A DNA stretch of 64,000 bases. Source: Candidatus Parvarchaeota archaeon. GTDB lineage: Archaea; Nanobdellota; Nanobdellia; Parvarchaeales; Parvarchaeaceae. A program made the position numbers and the translations under genes. The notes beneath the pieces were generated by a model. The model ran no database searches. It was given only the letters and a program-made list of their open reading frames with translations, and was not told where the DNA came from. This document shows positions 19,362-29,135 of this stretch, piece by piece (within the stretch, counting starts at the first letter, position 1; every line of letters begins with the position of its first letter). The DNA lies in the NCBI GenBank assembly GCA_025920305.1, contig JAPDMB010000001.1, forward strand, positions 538 to 64,537. Reading direction: 5' to 3'.

Positions 19362-20153
19362 CTAAATCTTAAGCGAAGCCACTGCGCTTTGAGTCCATAC
19401 GATTAATCTACCTGGTTTCCCAGCATGCGATACATCGCTTACATTTAGTTTCCTAACGTCTGCAACGTCGATGTTCATATTTGCGGCGGACCTTCTCAGT
19501 TTATCTGGCTCTGTGGTGATTATAATCATCCCAAGTTTCTTTTTATACTTTCTGCCCCGCATCTTCCCCTTTCCGGCTCGTATGATCCTCTTTTTTGTGC
19601 GTATCAATTCCGATTCCAAACCAATAGCAGACAATGTCTTGTAAAGTTCCTTTGTCTTTGATATATCATTTAATTTATCCTCTATCACTATTGGGAGTTC
19701 AATATCTCCTATTTCGTGTGAAGATTTGACGATATCACGGTTTGCTGAGGCAGCTATCGCGCTTTTTATTGCCGCTATTTTCTCCTTTTTATTGAGTTTT
19801 TTCTCCAAAACTTTCTCTTTCTTCGGGGGATGCGCTTCTCTTCCACCTACCGTATTTGGCGCAGTTGCACCTACATATACAAACTGAGTTCCCATCCTCC
19901 ATGTTACCTTCTTCGGGGTTCTTGTCAGCCCATGACCGTAGACTGTCTTGTAAGTTCTTCTTGTTTTGGAGAGTGTAGAAGATTTTCTCTTTCCAGCCAT
20001 AGGGTCAGTATACTTTAACTGGAAGTTTCTAGATTGCTCAGCTAAAAATGCCTTCTGTATCAACTTCTTGTTTATTATGTATTCGAAAGCATCAGGCAGA
20101 TCTATCTCCCCAACTTTTTGATTGTTTAATGACAATACATTGGCTTTTTTCAT
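19362..20153 (-). CDS. rpl4: 50S ribosomal protein L4 (L4/L1e)
   Basis: Archaeal L4 layout and N-terminus [23 protein letters not shown]. Stop/start overlaps with rpl3 and rpl23. Confidence 0.88.
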   Translation of the reverse strand: MKKANVLSLNNQKVGEIDLPDAFEYIINKKLIQKAFLAEQSRNFQLKYTDPMAGKRKSSTLSKTRRTYKTVYGHGLTRTPKKVTWRMGTQFVYVGATAPNTVGGREAHPPKKEKVLEKKLNKKEKIAAIKSAIAASANRDIVKSSHEIGDIELPIVIEDKLNDISKTKELYKTLSAIGLESELIRTKKRIIRAGKGKMRGRKYKKKLGMIIITTEPDKLRRSAANMNIDVADVRKLNVSDVSHAGKPGRLIVWTQSAVASLKI

Positions 20154-21094
20154 ATTAACGTCACCTTGGTTGGTCCGAGTTTTTTGTTTGGCCTTATGGC
20201 TTTCCTGATCATTATAAGCCTGCTTGGGCTTCCCGGTACAGAGCCCTTCAGCACCATGGCTGGAGCATTCAGATTTCCATACCTATAATAACCTTGCGGT
20301 ATGTTCGCTTCCATGGGATCATTCAATACCTTCAGTACAAACTTATTGTATTCAGTCCTGGAATTGAAACCTAATCGTCCATGTTGCGGCACTGTAAATT
20401 GCACCTTTGCCATGCTTTCTGCGCCTAAATTTCCGGCTTTTCTTCTGGACTTGCTGGCGTGTACTGGATATATCTTAACCCCAAATCTTTTCACTGAGCC
20501 GGAAAAGCCTTTGCCCTTCGTCACAGCGCCGACGTCTACGAAGGTGCCTTCTTTTATGAATTCAGAGGCATTTATTTCTTTTCCCATCAGGGATTTAATT
20601 TTTTCAAGTTTTTTATTTATATCCCCTCCAATATCAACTTCGAACAGTTCCGGTGTTTTTTTCAGGCCTATCTTCCATGGCATTGTTGATACGATCAGCC
20701 TTGCATCCGAAGCCTTTTTTGAAAGTTCATCAAAATCAGCATTATTCGGTTTATATTTTACCCTCCTTTCGATATTCTTATCTGCTTCGGTCCACACATC
20801 TCCTATAGATTTTCCATCCTTATAGAATCTAGCCGCTGCAACAAGCAGTGGCGGGGTTTCTATTATTGTTACTGGGGATATAATCTCCGTTTTGAAGGTG
20901 GGCGAATCTTTATCATTGTCTACATAAATTGCCTGTCTCATACCAGCTTTGTAGCCCGCAAATAGCGATAGTTCGCCGTCTTCAAGGGTAACGTGTGATT
21001 CTAACCTATGAAAAGGCCGCTGACTCTTCTTTATTGGATAATACTGTAGACTGCCCCTCCTAGGCGTGCTCTTCTTCGTTATTTGGTGTCCCAT
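20150..21094 (-). CDS. rpl3: 50S ribosomal protein L3
   Basis: About 314 aa with the L3 hallmark FKTEIISPVTIIETPPL and the FAGYKAGM region. Confidence 0.9.
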   Translation of the reverse strand: MGHQITKKSTPRRGSLQYYPIKKSQRPFHRLESHVTLEDGELSLFAGYKAGMRQAIYVDNDKDSPTFKTEIISPVTIIETPPLLVAAARFYKDGKSIGDVWTEADKNIERRVKYKPNNADFDELSKKASDARLIVSTMPWKIGLKKTPELFEVDIGGDINKKLEKIKSLMGKEINASEFIKEGTFVDVGAVTKGKGFSGSVKRFGVKIYPVHASKSRRKAGNLGAESMAKVQFTVPQHGRLGFNSRTEYNKFVLKVLNDPMEANIPQGYYRYGNLNAPAMVLKGSVPGSPSRLIMIRKAIRPNKKLGPTKVTLI

Positions 21095-21156
21095 ATCAAA
21101 TATGAATAAAAATTTGTTATAGTGTAGAGATAATATTTAGTAATAAATACTTTATC

Positions 21157-22509
21157 TTATAGATCTAAAATCTCTATCTTTGTAGTAGAACCAGCTTTTC
21201 CGAAAACTCCTGCGACAAGTATCACTTTTTTTGCCTTTAATTTGTTCTTCAAATATTTTTTTATCTCCATGAGTCCATAATCTAGGTTTTTGTAAAGGAA
21301 TGGTTCTATCCCCCTCCCAAAGGCCAGCTTTTCAAACGTTGAAAGCCTTGGTGTCAATGCGAATAGCCGTATGCCGCTGTCGAAATAACGTGAAAGTCTA
21401 AATGCGCTTGCGCCATCCACAGTCCTAATAATCATGTTCTTGATCCCAGTGGATTCAGCTAGTTTTACGGCTACTTCTGCAACTGAATCGTCCTCTGATC
21501 TTATAGTGTAGCTACTTTTTCTAATTGCTTCGCTTTTGAATGTATCTATAAGATGCATGAGCGTCTTCACAGATTTCAATGGATAATTGCCTATCGCAGT
21601 TTCCTCAGACAGCATCAATGAATCAGCGCCTTCTTCGACCGCTGTGAAAACGTCATCGGCTTCAGCTCTGGTTGGTATGGAGTTGTTTACCATTGATTCG
21701 AGCATCTGTGTCGCTACGATTACCGGTTTCTTCAGCTGATGTGCTTCTAATATTAGTTTCTCCTGCAGCTTTGGAACATTAGATATATCCATGTTGAGGC
21801 CTAAGTCTCCCCTTGCCACCATAACTATATCAGAAGCCTTAGCGATCTCCTTAAAATTGTTTACACCCTCTTTTCGTTCTATTTTCGATATTAATATAGA
21901 ATCTTTCCCAGCTATCTTCCTAACTTTTTCCACGTCTTTCGAGCTCGATATGAACGATAGAGCGAAAGTATTCAGGTTGTTTTTCAAGCCAAATTTTATC
22001 CCCTCTATATCATCTTTTGTAGGGTATATATGCGGATAACTTATCCCATCCTGGTTTATGCTCTGTTCACTGAGCAGGCTGTATGAATTCAACGCTTTCG
22101 TGATTATGTATCCCCTCTCCCTTTTTATCGGCTTCAATTCTAGTTTTCCATCGGAAAGCTTTATGTTTTTATTGGCTGAAAGCGAGCTTAAAATGCTTTC
22201 GCTTACCGGTATATCACCGTTAACACCAATCGTGTAATTTCTACCTTCCTCTACATTCAAATTTCCATTAGGTAGCTTTCCTATCCTGAATTTTGGACCA
22301 GGAAGATCAAGTACTATTACAATCTTTTCGTTTATGGATCTTCCGATGTCCTCTATCCTGTTTATCACATCTTTATGCCAGTTGAAGTCTCCGTGCGACA
22401 GGTTCAGCCTGAATATCCTGATGCCATCTCTTATCATCTTTTTGAGTGTTTGGCTGCTTTCAGACGCTGGGCCTATTGTTACTATAGCCTTCACAGTTTT
22501 ATATGTCAT
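21157..22509 (-). CDS. pyk: pyruvate kinase
   Basis: KTVKAIVTIGPAS..., FRLNLSHGD, MVARGDLG and the C-terminal regulatory domain. Start placed at MTYKT (22509); the ORF track extends to 22533. Confidence 0.9.
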   Translation of the reverse strand: MTYKTVKAIVTIGPASESSQTLKKMIRDGIRIFRLNLSHGDFNWHKDVINRIEDIGRSINEKIVIVLDLPGPKFRIGKLPNGNLNVEEGRNYTIGVNGDIPVSESILSSLSANKNIKLSDGKLELKPIKRERGYIITKALNSYSLLSEQSINQDGISYPHIYPTKDDIEGIKFGLKNNLNTFALSFISSSKDVEKVRKIAGKDSILISKIERKEGVNNFKEIAKASDIVMVARGDLGLNMDISNVPKLQEKLILEAHQLKKPVIVATQMLESMVNNSIPTRAEADDVFTAVEEGADSLMLSEETAIGNYPLKSVKTLMHLIDTFKSEAIRKSSYTIRSEDDSVAEVAVKLAESTGIKNMIIRTVDGASAFRLSRYFDSGIRLFALTPRLSTFEKLAFGRGIEPFLYKNLDYGLMEIKKYLKNKLKAKKVILVAGVFGKAGSTTKIEILDL

Positions 22510-22587
22510 ATTATCAACCCTGTCTCCCAACATTAATTACCTGGATTAGAATATAAATTTAGTCTAACAGCTAAGATGGTTTTAATT

Positions 22588-23277
22588 TTAAGGCGGTACG
22601 CATTGGGCGGATTCCTCAGAGTACGTTGGTACATATACCACCATTATTACTGAGTTCACTGAAGATGGCAGCGAGGAGCTACCGGCTACATTACCAGAAT
22701 TCGCTGACTTCGGCAGGCTGAATATCTGCGTGCCGTTCATATAAAGCGCTGTCAGATTGAAATTAGTTGGCACAGCGGAATTTGAGGCATTAAGGAAGGT
22801 AATATTGTAAGAGATAGATCCTGGACTTAAACTATAATCGCTTATGATCTTTGATATTGGCAGGTCAAGACTAAGCATAGCTACGGCTCCATTTGAAGTT
22901 TTTAAGATGGATACATAAGCCTGAAATTGGCCGCCATTTAGCGGTAAGATTCCGCTCATATTCATATTAGAGGTAGTTGAGACTTCATGTCCAGTTTTTG
23001 AGTTTAGCACCAGAATGTCTCCGCAGAAAAAAGAAGGGCTAGCCAGTCCTGGAGAAAAAAATGAGAGACTATACGTCGAACCTACACTCTGGCTGGATAG
23101 CTCATCTACGGTGTTCACTATCCCGTTGCTCATCTCAGAAAGTTGATTATAGTTAGCAGAGTTATTGAAACTAGAGTACATGTACATCGCTATGAACAGG
23201 AAAACCGCAAGGATCATCAGCGCGACCCCTATAAGTGTTATGTACTCTATCGATGCCTGTGCAGCTCTGGTTTTCAT
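22588..23277 (-). CDS. archaeal type IV pilin-like protein (class III signal peptide)
   Basis: N-terminus MKTRAAQASIEYITLIGVALMIL: short positive region, Q-x-S-I-E-Y like the Methanococcus QISLEF pilin motif, then a hydrophobic helix. S/N/T-rich body with many N-glycosylation sequons. Confidence 0.6.
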   Translation of the reverse strand: MKTRAAQASIEYITLIGVALMILAVFLFIAMYMYSSFNNSANYNQLSEMSNGIVNTVDELSSQSVGSTYSLSFFSPGLASPSFFCGDILVLNSKTGHEVSTTSNMNMSGILPLNGGQFQAYVSILKTSNGAVAMLSLDLPISKIISDYSLSPGSISYNITFLNASNSAVPTNFNLTALYMNGTQIFSLPKSANSGNVAGSSSLPSSVNSVIMVVYVPTYSEESAQCVPP

Positions 23278-23879
23278 ATTTTATTTTTCTTTAGATATTT
23301 GTCTACAATATTTATTATCTTGTTTTTTACCGTCTCCACATTGCCATTTCCATCCACGACCTTGATATGAAAATTGTTCGCTATCATCAGGAAAGCCTTC
23401 CTTACATCCGAGAGCTGCTTCGCCGTATTAAACATCTCAAAGCTTGTAGTGAGGTCGGATATCCTGCTTAAGCTAACCGTCGGCTTAACGTCTATAAGTA
23501 TCCCTAAATCAGGTAGTCTAAATGACAGATTGACCTGTCTAAGCCATTTATAGTTCAGTCCTGAAGCATACCCATACGCTAAGGTAGAAAATATATACCT
23601 ATCGCATATTACGATCTTGTTCGCGTTTATTGCAGGCTGTATCGTTGTCTCCAGATGGTTCGCTCTATCCGCCGAGAACAGCAGCTGTAATACTCTTCCT
23701 GACAATTTTATATCCCTATTTAGGCTGCTTCTTATTATCCCCCCTATAACACTGTTCGTTGGCTCACTCGTAAGCAGAGTGTGATATCCTTTCTCTTTAA
23801 GATAGATCTCCAGCAATGTAGCCTGAGTATTAAGACCGGCGCCGTCTAAGCCCTCAAGCACTATCAATTTTCCAGCCAT
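23274..23879 (-). CDS. thymidylate kinase paralogue with degenerate P-loop and LID (probably inactive or with changed function)
   Basis: Thymidylate-kinase fold signature DRYIFSTLAYG is present. The Walker A reads EGLDGAGLNTQ, with the Lys replaced by Leu. There is no Arg-rich LID. Stop/start overlap with the pilin gene downstream. Confidence 0.65.
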   Translation of the reverse strand: MAGKLIVLEGLDGAGLNTQATLLEIYLKEKGYHTLLTSEPTNSVIGGIIRSSLNRDIKLSGRVLQLLFSADRANHLETTIQPAINANKIVICDRYIFSTLAYGYASGLNYKWLRQVNLSFRLPDLGILIDVKPTVSLSRISDLTTSFEMFNTAKQLSDVRKAFLMIANNFHIKVVDGNGNVETVKNKIINIVDKYLKKNKI

Positions 23880-23937
23880 AGTTTTTTATATGATACAACA
23901 GCTAAGACTTTCTTCATACATTATTAGCCTTATATGT

Positions 23938-24552
23938 TTATTTACTTTTTATTATTGATTTTATACGGCTGGATACCTCTAAATTTACTTCATCTATGTC
24001 ATTTGATGCGTCCACAGTTATCCAGTTCTTGGTTGGAAAACGTTCTTTTTTCAGTTTCAAATAATTCTCCCTTATCCTTTTTAGTCTCTTCAAGTCACCT
24101 TCGAATCTCTCCGCTTTTCCGGTTCTCAGCCTGCGTAGAGATGTCTCAGGCGGTATATCTAAGTATATTACTACATCCGGCTTCCTTAGACGTAAGATCC
24201 TTATGATCTCCTTTATATCTCTACACCCCACTCCATCTTTCGTCTGATAAGCCAGGGTGGAGACGAAATATCTGTCTAATATTACAGTGTATCCCTCTCT
24301 TAATTTTTTCGTCAAATCTGGCTGGTCCATAGACATGTCCAAAAGGAATAACATTACCTGCTCATATTCGTTGAGTTCTACTTTATTCCTTATAAAATCT
24401 CTAAGTAGTTTTCCATACACATTGTTTTTACTTGGATATTTATAGACTTTATTTTTAATATGCATCCTTTTTAGTAATGCGACGGTCCGTCTTATCTGTG
24501 TGCTTTTTCCAGCTTTATCTATGCCTTCGAAATCTACCAGTTTTCCGTTCAT
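23938..24552 (-). CDS. tmk: thymidylate kinase
   Basis: Canonical P-loop EGIDKAGKSTQ, DRYFVSTLAYQ and an Arg-rich LID (LRRLRTGKAERFEGD). Confidence 0.9.
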   Translation of the reverse strand: MNGKLVDFEGIDKAGKSTQIRRTVALLKRMHIKNKVYKYPSKNNVYGKLLRDFIRNKVELNEYEQVMLFLLDMSMDQPDLTKKLREGYTVILDRYFVSTLAYQTKDGVGCRDIKEIIRILRLRKPDVVIYLDIPPETSLRRLRTGKAERFEGDLKRLKRIRENYLKLKKERFPTKNWITVDASNDIDEVNLEVSSRIKSIIKSK

Positions 24553-25985
24553 ACAGCGTTGCCTTCGAGCACCCCGATTTTTTCATTTAAGAAATCTAGC
24601 ATGATTGTGCGTTTGTTTTTTAGGTTTACCACCGGTAATTTAGCAACCTGCGGTATTATCCCATACTTTTTCTGGTACTTAGTTTGAAACTGCCAGCAGG
24701 AAGAATTTATCATGACTGTACTCTTATACTTTGATATGAACGCATTATGCACATGCCCGGTTGCGTATATATCCGGCACTTCATCTATCACTAGGTAGTC
24801 GTGCTTCAGAGGCATCAGCTGGGTAGACCCATGCGTAGGTGCCAGGTGTCTTGATTTTAATTGCAAGGTCATTATACTTGCTATATCTTCATTTCTCATC
24901 TTGTTATATTTAGGTATCGTATTTACGTAGTACATCAATCCAAACCCATGGTAGAGCAGGATGTTTCTCTTTATTCCGTCGTATATAACATTGAAACTAG
25001 ACGGGTTTGATAAGAACATCGCATTTTCTAAGTTGTACAGTTTTCCGGCAAAATACGGGTCTACATGCGGCTGTGGCTCAGCTATATGGATGGCATCGTG
25101 ATTGCCGGGCGTTATGATCAATTTCTTATCATCCGGTATCCTATTCAATATCTCATATAAGCTGTTGTACTGCTCTATAACATTCTTTATAGAGAGTTCT
25201 CCTTCCTGTTCTGGATAGACGCCGATCCCATCGACTAGGTCTCCATTTAGTACGATAATCTTCACTTTCTTTGCAATATCTGAAAAATCCTCTATAGAAC
25301 CATTTAACCACGAAACCAGGCGATCTAATTGTCTCTCTGCGAATAAACTCGAGCCAGTGTGGATATCCGATAAGAATATGGCATATACATCATCGGCTTG
25401 ATTCTGTGTCTCTTCCTTTATAGAGATGTCCGGCAGATTTATCTCGTCTATGAATACAGCATCATTTATCTTCTTCCCCCTTACAAATATTACTTGGTCT
25501 TTAACTAATTCTTCGTCTATCGTCTTGGATATCACCTTGCATGTCCCAGACCTATCCTCCAGCGTTATTATGGTATATTTTTTCACAGGGCTGATAGATA
25601 TATCGGAGATCATCCCAATAAGTTCCACTTCGTCTCCCTGTGGGACATTTCGTATATTTGAGATTGATATAGCTCGGACATTCCCATTAAGTCGTGTTAT
25701 CAGTAGATTTTTTAATTGTTCAAATCTATCATTAAAATACTCCACCCACGCCTGCGGTGTAGATATAGATTTATCTCCGTTGTAATCTTTCAAAGGAGAG
25801 ATCTTAAAGTCACCATCAGACTCGAAGCCCAGAATATCATGCAGAGTCTTTGAATCAAGGATAAATATATTCCTTTCTTTCATCTGTTTGATCAGCTTAT
25901 CTATATCTGTTATCTGCTTCTCCTTTACGGAAGTCGTGACGAGTATGCCATTTTGTGTAAATGAATCTATCTGCTTCTGATCCAT
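24549..25985 (-). CDS. DNA polymerase II (PolD) small subunit DP1
   Basis: C-terminal calcineurin-like phosphoesterase domain (IVLNGDLVD, ITPGNHD, GHVH) preceded by an OB-fold. Length 478 aa. Archaea-specific. Confidence 0.85.
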   Translation of the reverse strand: MDQKQIDSFTQNGILVTTSVKEKQITDIDKLIKQMKERNIFILDSKTLHDILGFESDGDFKISPLKDYNGDKSISTPQAWVEYFNDRFEQLKNLLITRLNGNVRAISISNIRNVPQGDEVELIGMISDISISPVKKYTIITLEDRSGTCKVISKTIDEELVKDQVIFVRGKKINDAVFIDEINLPDISIKEETQNQADDVYAIFLSDIHTGSSLFAERQLDRLVSWLNGSIEDFSDIAKKVKIIVLNGDLVDGIGVYPEQEGELSIKNVIEQYNSLYEILNRIPDDKKLIITPGNHDAIHIAEPQPHVDPYFAGKLYNLENAMFLSNPSSFNVIYDGIKRNILLYHGFGLMYYVNTIPKYNKMRNEDIASIMTLQLKSRHLAPTHGSTQLMPLKHDYLVIDEVPDIYATGHVHNAFISKYKSTVMINSSCWQFQTKYQKKYGIIPQVAKLPVVNLKNKRTIMLDFLNEKIGVLEGNAV

Positions 25986-26028
25986 CCTGTGAAATACATT
26001 ATCTCCAGATTAAAATGTTTATGAACTT

Positions 26029-26331
26029 TTATGACGATATGGAATTTTCATCGAATCCGTTTTTTATGAGTATCTGCCTGACTTTATCCGTGTGGTCACC
26101 TTGAAGCTCTATATGGTTATCCTTGTATGTCCCGCCGCATGCTATCTCCGTCTTTAATTTTTTAGTAAGTTCTTTTATGTCGTGCAGTTTCGGATCGAAT
26201 CCGCTTATTATGGTCATAGTCTTTTTAAAAGATACTTTCTTTGTAAATATTTTAATCTTCTGGCTAGTCTGCGATATGGAACCACAAACGCACATATCCT
26301 TCGGTAGGCCGCAAACAGGGCAGATTTCCAT
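26029..26331 (-). CDS. translation initiation factor aIF1 (SUI1 family) with an N-terminal zinc knuckle
   Basis: N-terminus CPVCGLPKDMCVCG followed by the SUI1 fold (IKIFTKKVSFKKTMTIISGF...IACGGT). Confidence 0.85.
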   Translation of the reverse strand: MEICPVCGLPKDMCVCGSISQTSQKIKIFTKKVSFKKTMTIISGFDPKLHDIKELTKKLKTEIACGGTYKDNHIELQGDHTDKVRQILIKNGFDENSISS

Positions 26332-26523
26332 TAAATCAGTTTATCACCTAAATTTACCTCAAGACAATTAAGCATATCTTTTGTTAATCTCATTATACTA
26401 TCTATCTGAATATTCAAGTATATAAAGGTTTTATCTTGTATTCAGATATATAGCTGACCTTCCCGCTGAAACAGCTGTGAAAGGTGCCTCAGTGGATAAC
26501 ATACCACTCAATTGGGCCAATAT

Positions 26524-26620
26524 TGCAGGGGAAGGGATTTGAACCCTTGAACTCCAAAGAGAGCAGATTTCGCAGTGTTACACTTGAGTCTGCCGCGTTT
26601 GACCACTTCGCTACCCCTGC
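26524..26620 (-). tRNA. tRNA-Leu (anticodon CAA) with a 14-nt intron at position 37/38 (intron 26569..26582)
   Basis: Reverse complement folds as: acceptor GCAGGGG/CCCCTGC, discriminator A. 3-bp D-stem with a GG loop. Anticodon stem GCAGA/TCTGC with loop CUCAAG|A (CAA), interrupted by TGTAACACTGCGAA. Long variable arm (CTC-TTTG-GAG). T-arm AAGGG-TTCAAAT-CCCTT. Confidence 0.8.
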
Positions 26621-26622
26621 GT

Positions 26623-26952
26623 TCATTGATTCGATATCTCTTTCTCCAACTCATCTATATCCTTCTCTATGATCTCAACTTCTGGGCTTTCTTCAGTCTT
26701 TACTTCTGGCTCTGCAGCAGCTGGCTCATTTAAGTTCTTTAAATCCTTGAAAAATTTTGCGGTCAAGTCGCCGATTTTAAGCACCTCACTTACGAATGCT
26801 TTATCTACTTCCTCTTCCTCCTGTATCTGCTTAGAGAAGGCATCGTTGTATCCTTTTAACGTACTATCTAGGTTTGTAAGTGTTTCATTGTCGAATTTCA
26901 AGGTTAACGTAGGCACTCCGACAAATATCTCTCTCTTTAGCTCCGTTTCCAT
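26623..26952 (-). CDS. hypothetical acidic protein
   Basis: ORF with a Glu-rich C-terminus. No recognisable motif. Confidence 0.3.
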   Translation of the reverse strand: METELKREIFVGVPTLTLKFDNETLTNLDSTLKGYNDAFSKQIQEEEEVDKAFVSEVLKIGDLTAKFFKDLKNLNEPAAAEPEVKTEESPEVEIIEKDIDELEKEISNQ

Positions 26953-26988
26953 ATAATAAAATAGAATAGCTCATTATATTTATAAGCC

Positions 26989-27336
<348 letters not shown>

Positions 27337-27367
27337 TTAGTTGCGTAATCTCTATAAAAAAATAGAA

Positions 27368-27441
27368 GCTCCCGTAGTCTAACTTGGATAGAACACAGGC
27401 CTGCGAAGCCTGGTATCTGGATTCAAATTCCAGCGGGGGCA
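27368..27441 (+). tRNA. tRNA-Arg (anticodon GCG)
   Basis: Acceptor GCTCCCG/CGGGGGC (one G-U pair). Anticodon stem CAGGC/GCCTG with loop CTGCGAA. T-arm CTGGA-TTCAAAT-TCCAG. No CCA. Confidence 0.8.
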
Positions 27442-27571
27442 TATCGGATGATATGCGGCTCAAAGCAGGTAGTCAAATAGCCGGAGTATAACCCGCTTAC
27501 AAAATGCATAGCAGAAAGCCCCTATCCTTCAGATAGGAGAGGATGTCAGTATAATCGAATAGAGGCTTTTT

Positions 27572-28264
27572 CTATTCATCGATTATGAGCCTCTTCTTTG
27601 ACGGAATAATGGCTCCGATTATATTATAGTAAATGTTGTTTATCAGCTTGAAAAACTTATAAAATATCTTTGAGTCTTTCAAATAATATACAGCGACTAT
27701 AGCTATGCCTGCGCCGAGAAAGCTGCCGGCAAGGATATCAGTCGGGTAATGTAAACCCACATATACACGTGAATAAGTGACGACGAGGGCCTCGATCAGC
27801 AGCGGTAACGAATACCGTTTCTTCAGCATTAGCAAAGCCACAGTCGCTCCGCCGATAACTATAAGTGCATGTCCTGAAGGAAACGATGAATCTGTAGGCC
27901 TTGGAAGCAGCGTGATCGCACTCGATATTGAATCAAATGGTCTTGGTCTAAAGTATACTGCTTTGATGGCTAATCCAACGATGATGATTATTATGAAGAC
28001 TATCGCCATCATCAACGCAGCTTTCTTATAATCACGGCTTCCAAATATCCAGAGTATTGCTACCACAGGTATCCAGAAATAGGTTCTTCCATACAGTGAA
28101 GCATACTCGAAAAATTTATCAAGGAAAGGAACATTCAGCCTCTGGTTGATAAGATTGAATAAGCTGTCGTCAAATGATTTAGATACGCCTAAGTATACGA
28201 GCAGGAAAACAACAAAGAATAGGGCAATCAGACTGAATCCTATTATTTTATACTCAGATCTCAT
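27572..28264 (-). CDS. PAP2-family membrane phosphatase
   Basis: PAP2 motifs KAVYFRPRPF, SFPSGHA and SRVYVGLHYPTDILAG, with multiple TM helices. Confidence 0.85.
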   Translation of the reverse strand: MRSEYKIIGFSLIALFFVVFLLVYLGVSKSFDDSLFNLINQRLNVPFLDKFFEYASLYGRTYFWIPVVAILWIFGSRDYKKAALMMAIVFIIIIIVGLAIKAVYFRPRPFDSISSAITLLPRPTDSSFPSGHALIVIGGATVALLMLKKRYSLPLLIEALVVTYSRVYVGLHYPTDILAGSFLGAGIAIVAVYYLKDSKIFYKFFKLINNIYYNIIGAIIPSKKRLIIDE

Positions 28265-28325
28265 CCTAGATTCAGAGGCAAGTTTTATTTATAAATGTGA
28301 TGATATTTCTATTCTAACAAAGGGT

Positions 28326-29135
28326 ATGGATGATCTAAACTCGCTCGAAGGGCTGCGTTCAAAGATAGAGTCTTTGCTATCAAGGGGGCCGGCGCTTATA
28401 GGAGATATATCGGAAGCTATAGGCAAGGACACAGCTCAGACAAGCGTGATACTTGATTATTATGCCTCGGCAGGGAAGATCTTTAAAACACGCAGAAAAT
28501 ATGGTTTATCCCCTGTTTATTCGCTGGATAGAGATGCGGCTTTAGGCAAGTTATATGAGTCTCTATCTATAGCTGAGAAAAAGATCGTGGATAAGTTTAA
28601 GTCAAATGGGCTTATCAGGGGAGATGAGCTAACGTCTGCCGAAAGGTACCTCCTCCAATCTTTGGAAGACTTCGTTAAAAAATTTACCGCCATTGACAGA
28701 GATAGCGGAGAGAAAGTGGATATGTACAGCTACTATAAGCTTTCTGAAGAGGACATCAAAAGGGAGTTAAACAAAGGGAAGGAGAGCGAACCAGTCGGAT
28801 ATTATAAAGCTAATGGCATGGAGGCCAATACTCCTAGGAGGCAGGCAAAAACCGCGCATAATGCTAGCAGCACCGATGAGATTAATCTTATATTATCGAA
28901 TAAATTTATAAGGCCGGAGAAGCTTTCAAAGAATATATACATAGCAGGATACGGGCAATATAATACGCAGGTCATAGTCGCGGTCATGCTTAAAAGCAGC
29001 CTGACAAAGAAAGATATCCTGAGGGTACTAGGCTACTCAACAGATAAAAAGACCATCGCATTTATACTGACGAATGCCTCAAAGATAACCGGATTAGAAG
29101 GCTATGGCAGCTCTATAAACATAGTAAAGATATGA
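28326..29135 (+). CDS. hypothetical protein with an N-terminal winged-helix-like segment
   Basis: Start placed at MDDLN, because the longer ORF overlaps the PAP2 gene. LSRGPALIGDISEAIGKDTAQTSVILDYYASAGKIF looks like a winged-helix DNA-binding segment. No other motifs. Confidence 0.4.
   Translation: MDDLNSLEGLRSKIESLLSRGPALIGDISEAIGKDTAQTSVILDYYASAGKIFKTRRKYGLSPVYSLDRDAALGKLYESLSIAEKKIVDKFKSNGLIRGDELTSAERYLLQSLEDFVKKFTAIDRDSGEKVDMYSYYKLSEEDIKRELNKGKESEPVGYYKANGMEANTPRRQAKTAHNASSTDEINLILSNKFIRPEKLSKNIYIAGYGQYNTQVIVAVMLKSSLTKKDILRVLGYSTDKKTIAFILTNASKITGLEGYGSSINIVKI

Noticed and set aside
26484-26672. 62-aa plus-strand ORF in the track
   Set aside because: It lies entirely over the minus-strand tRNA-Leu(CAA) gene, so it is almost certainly not coding.
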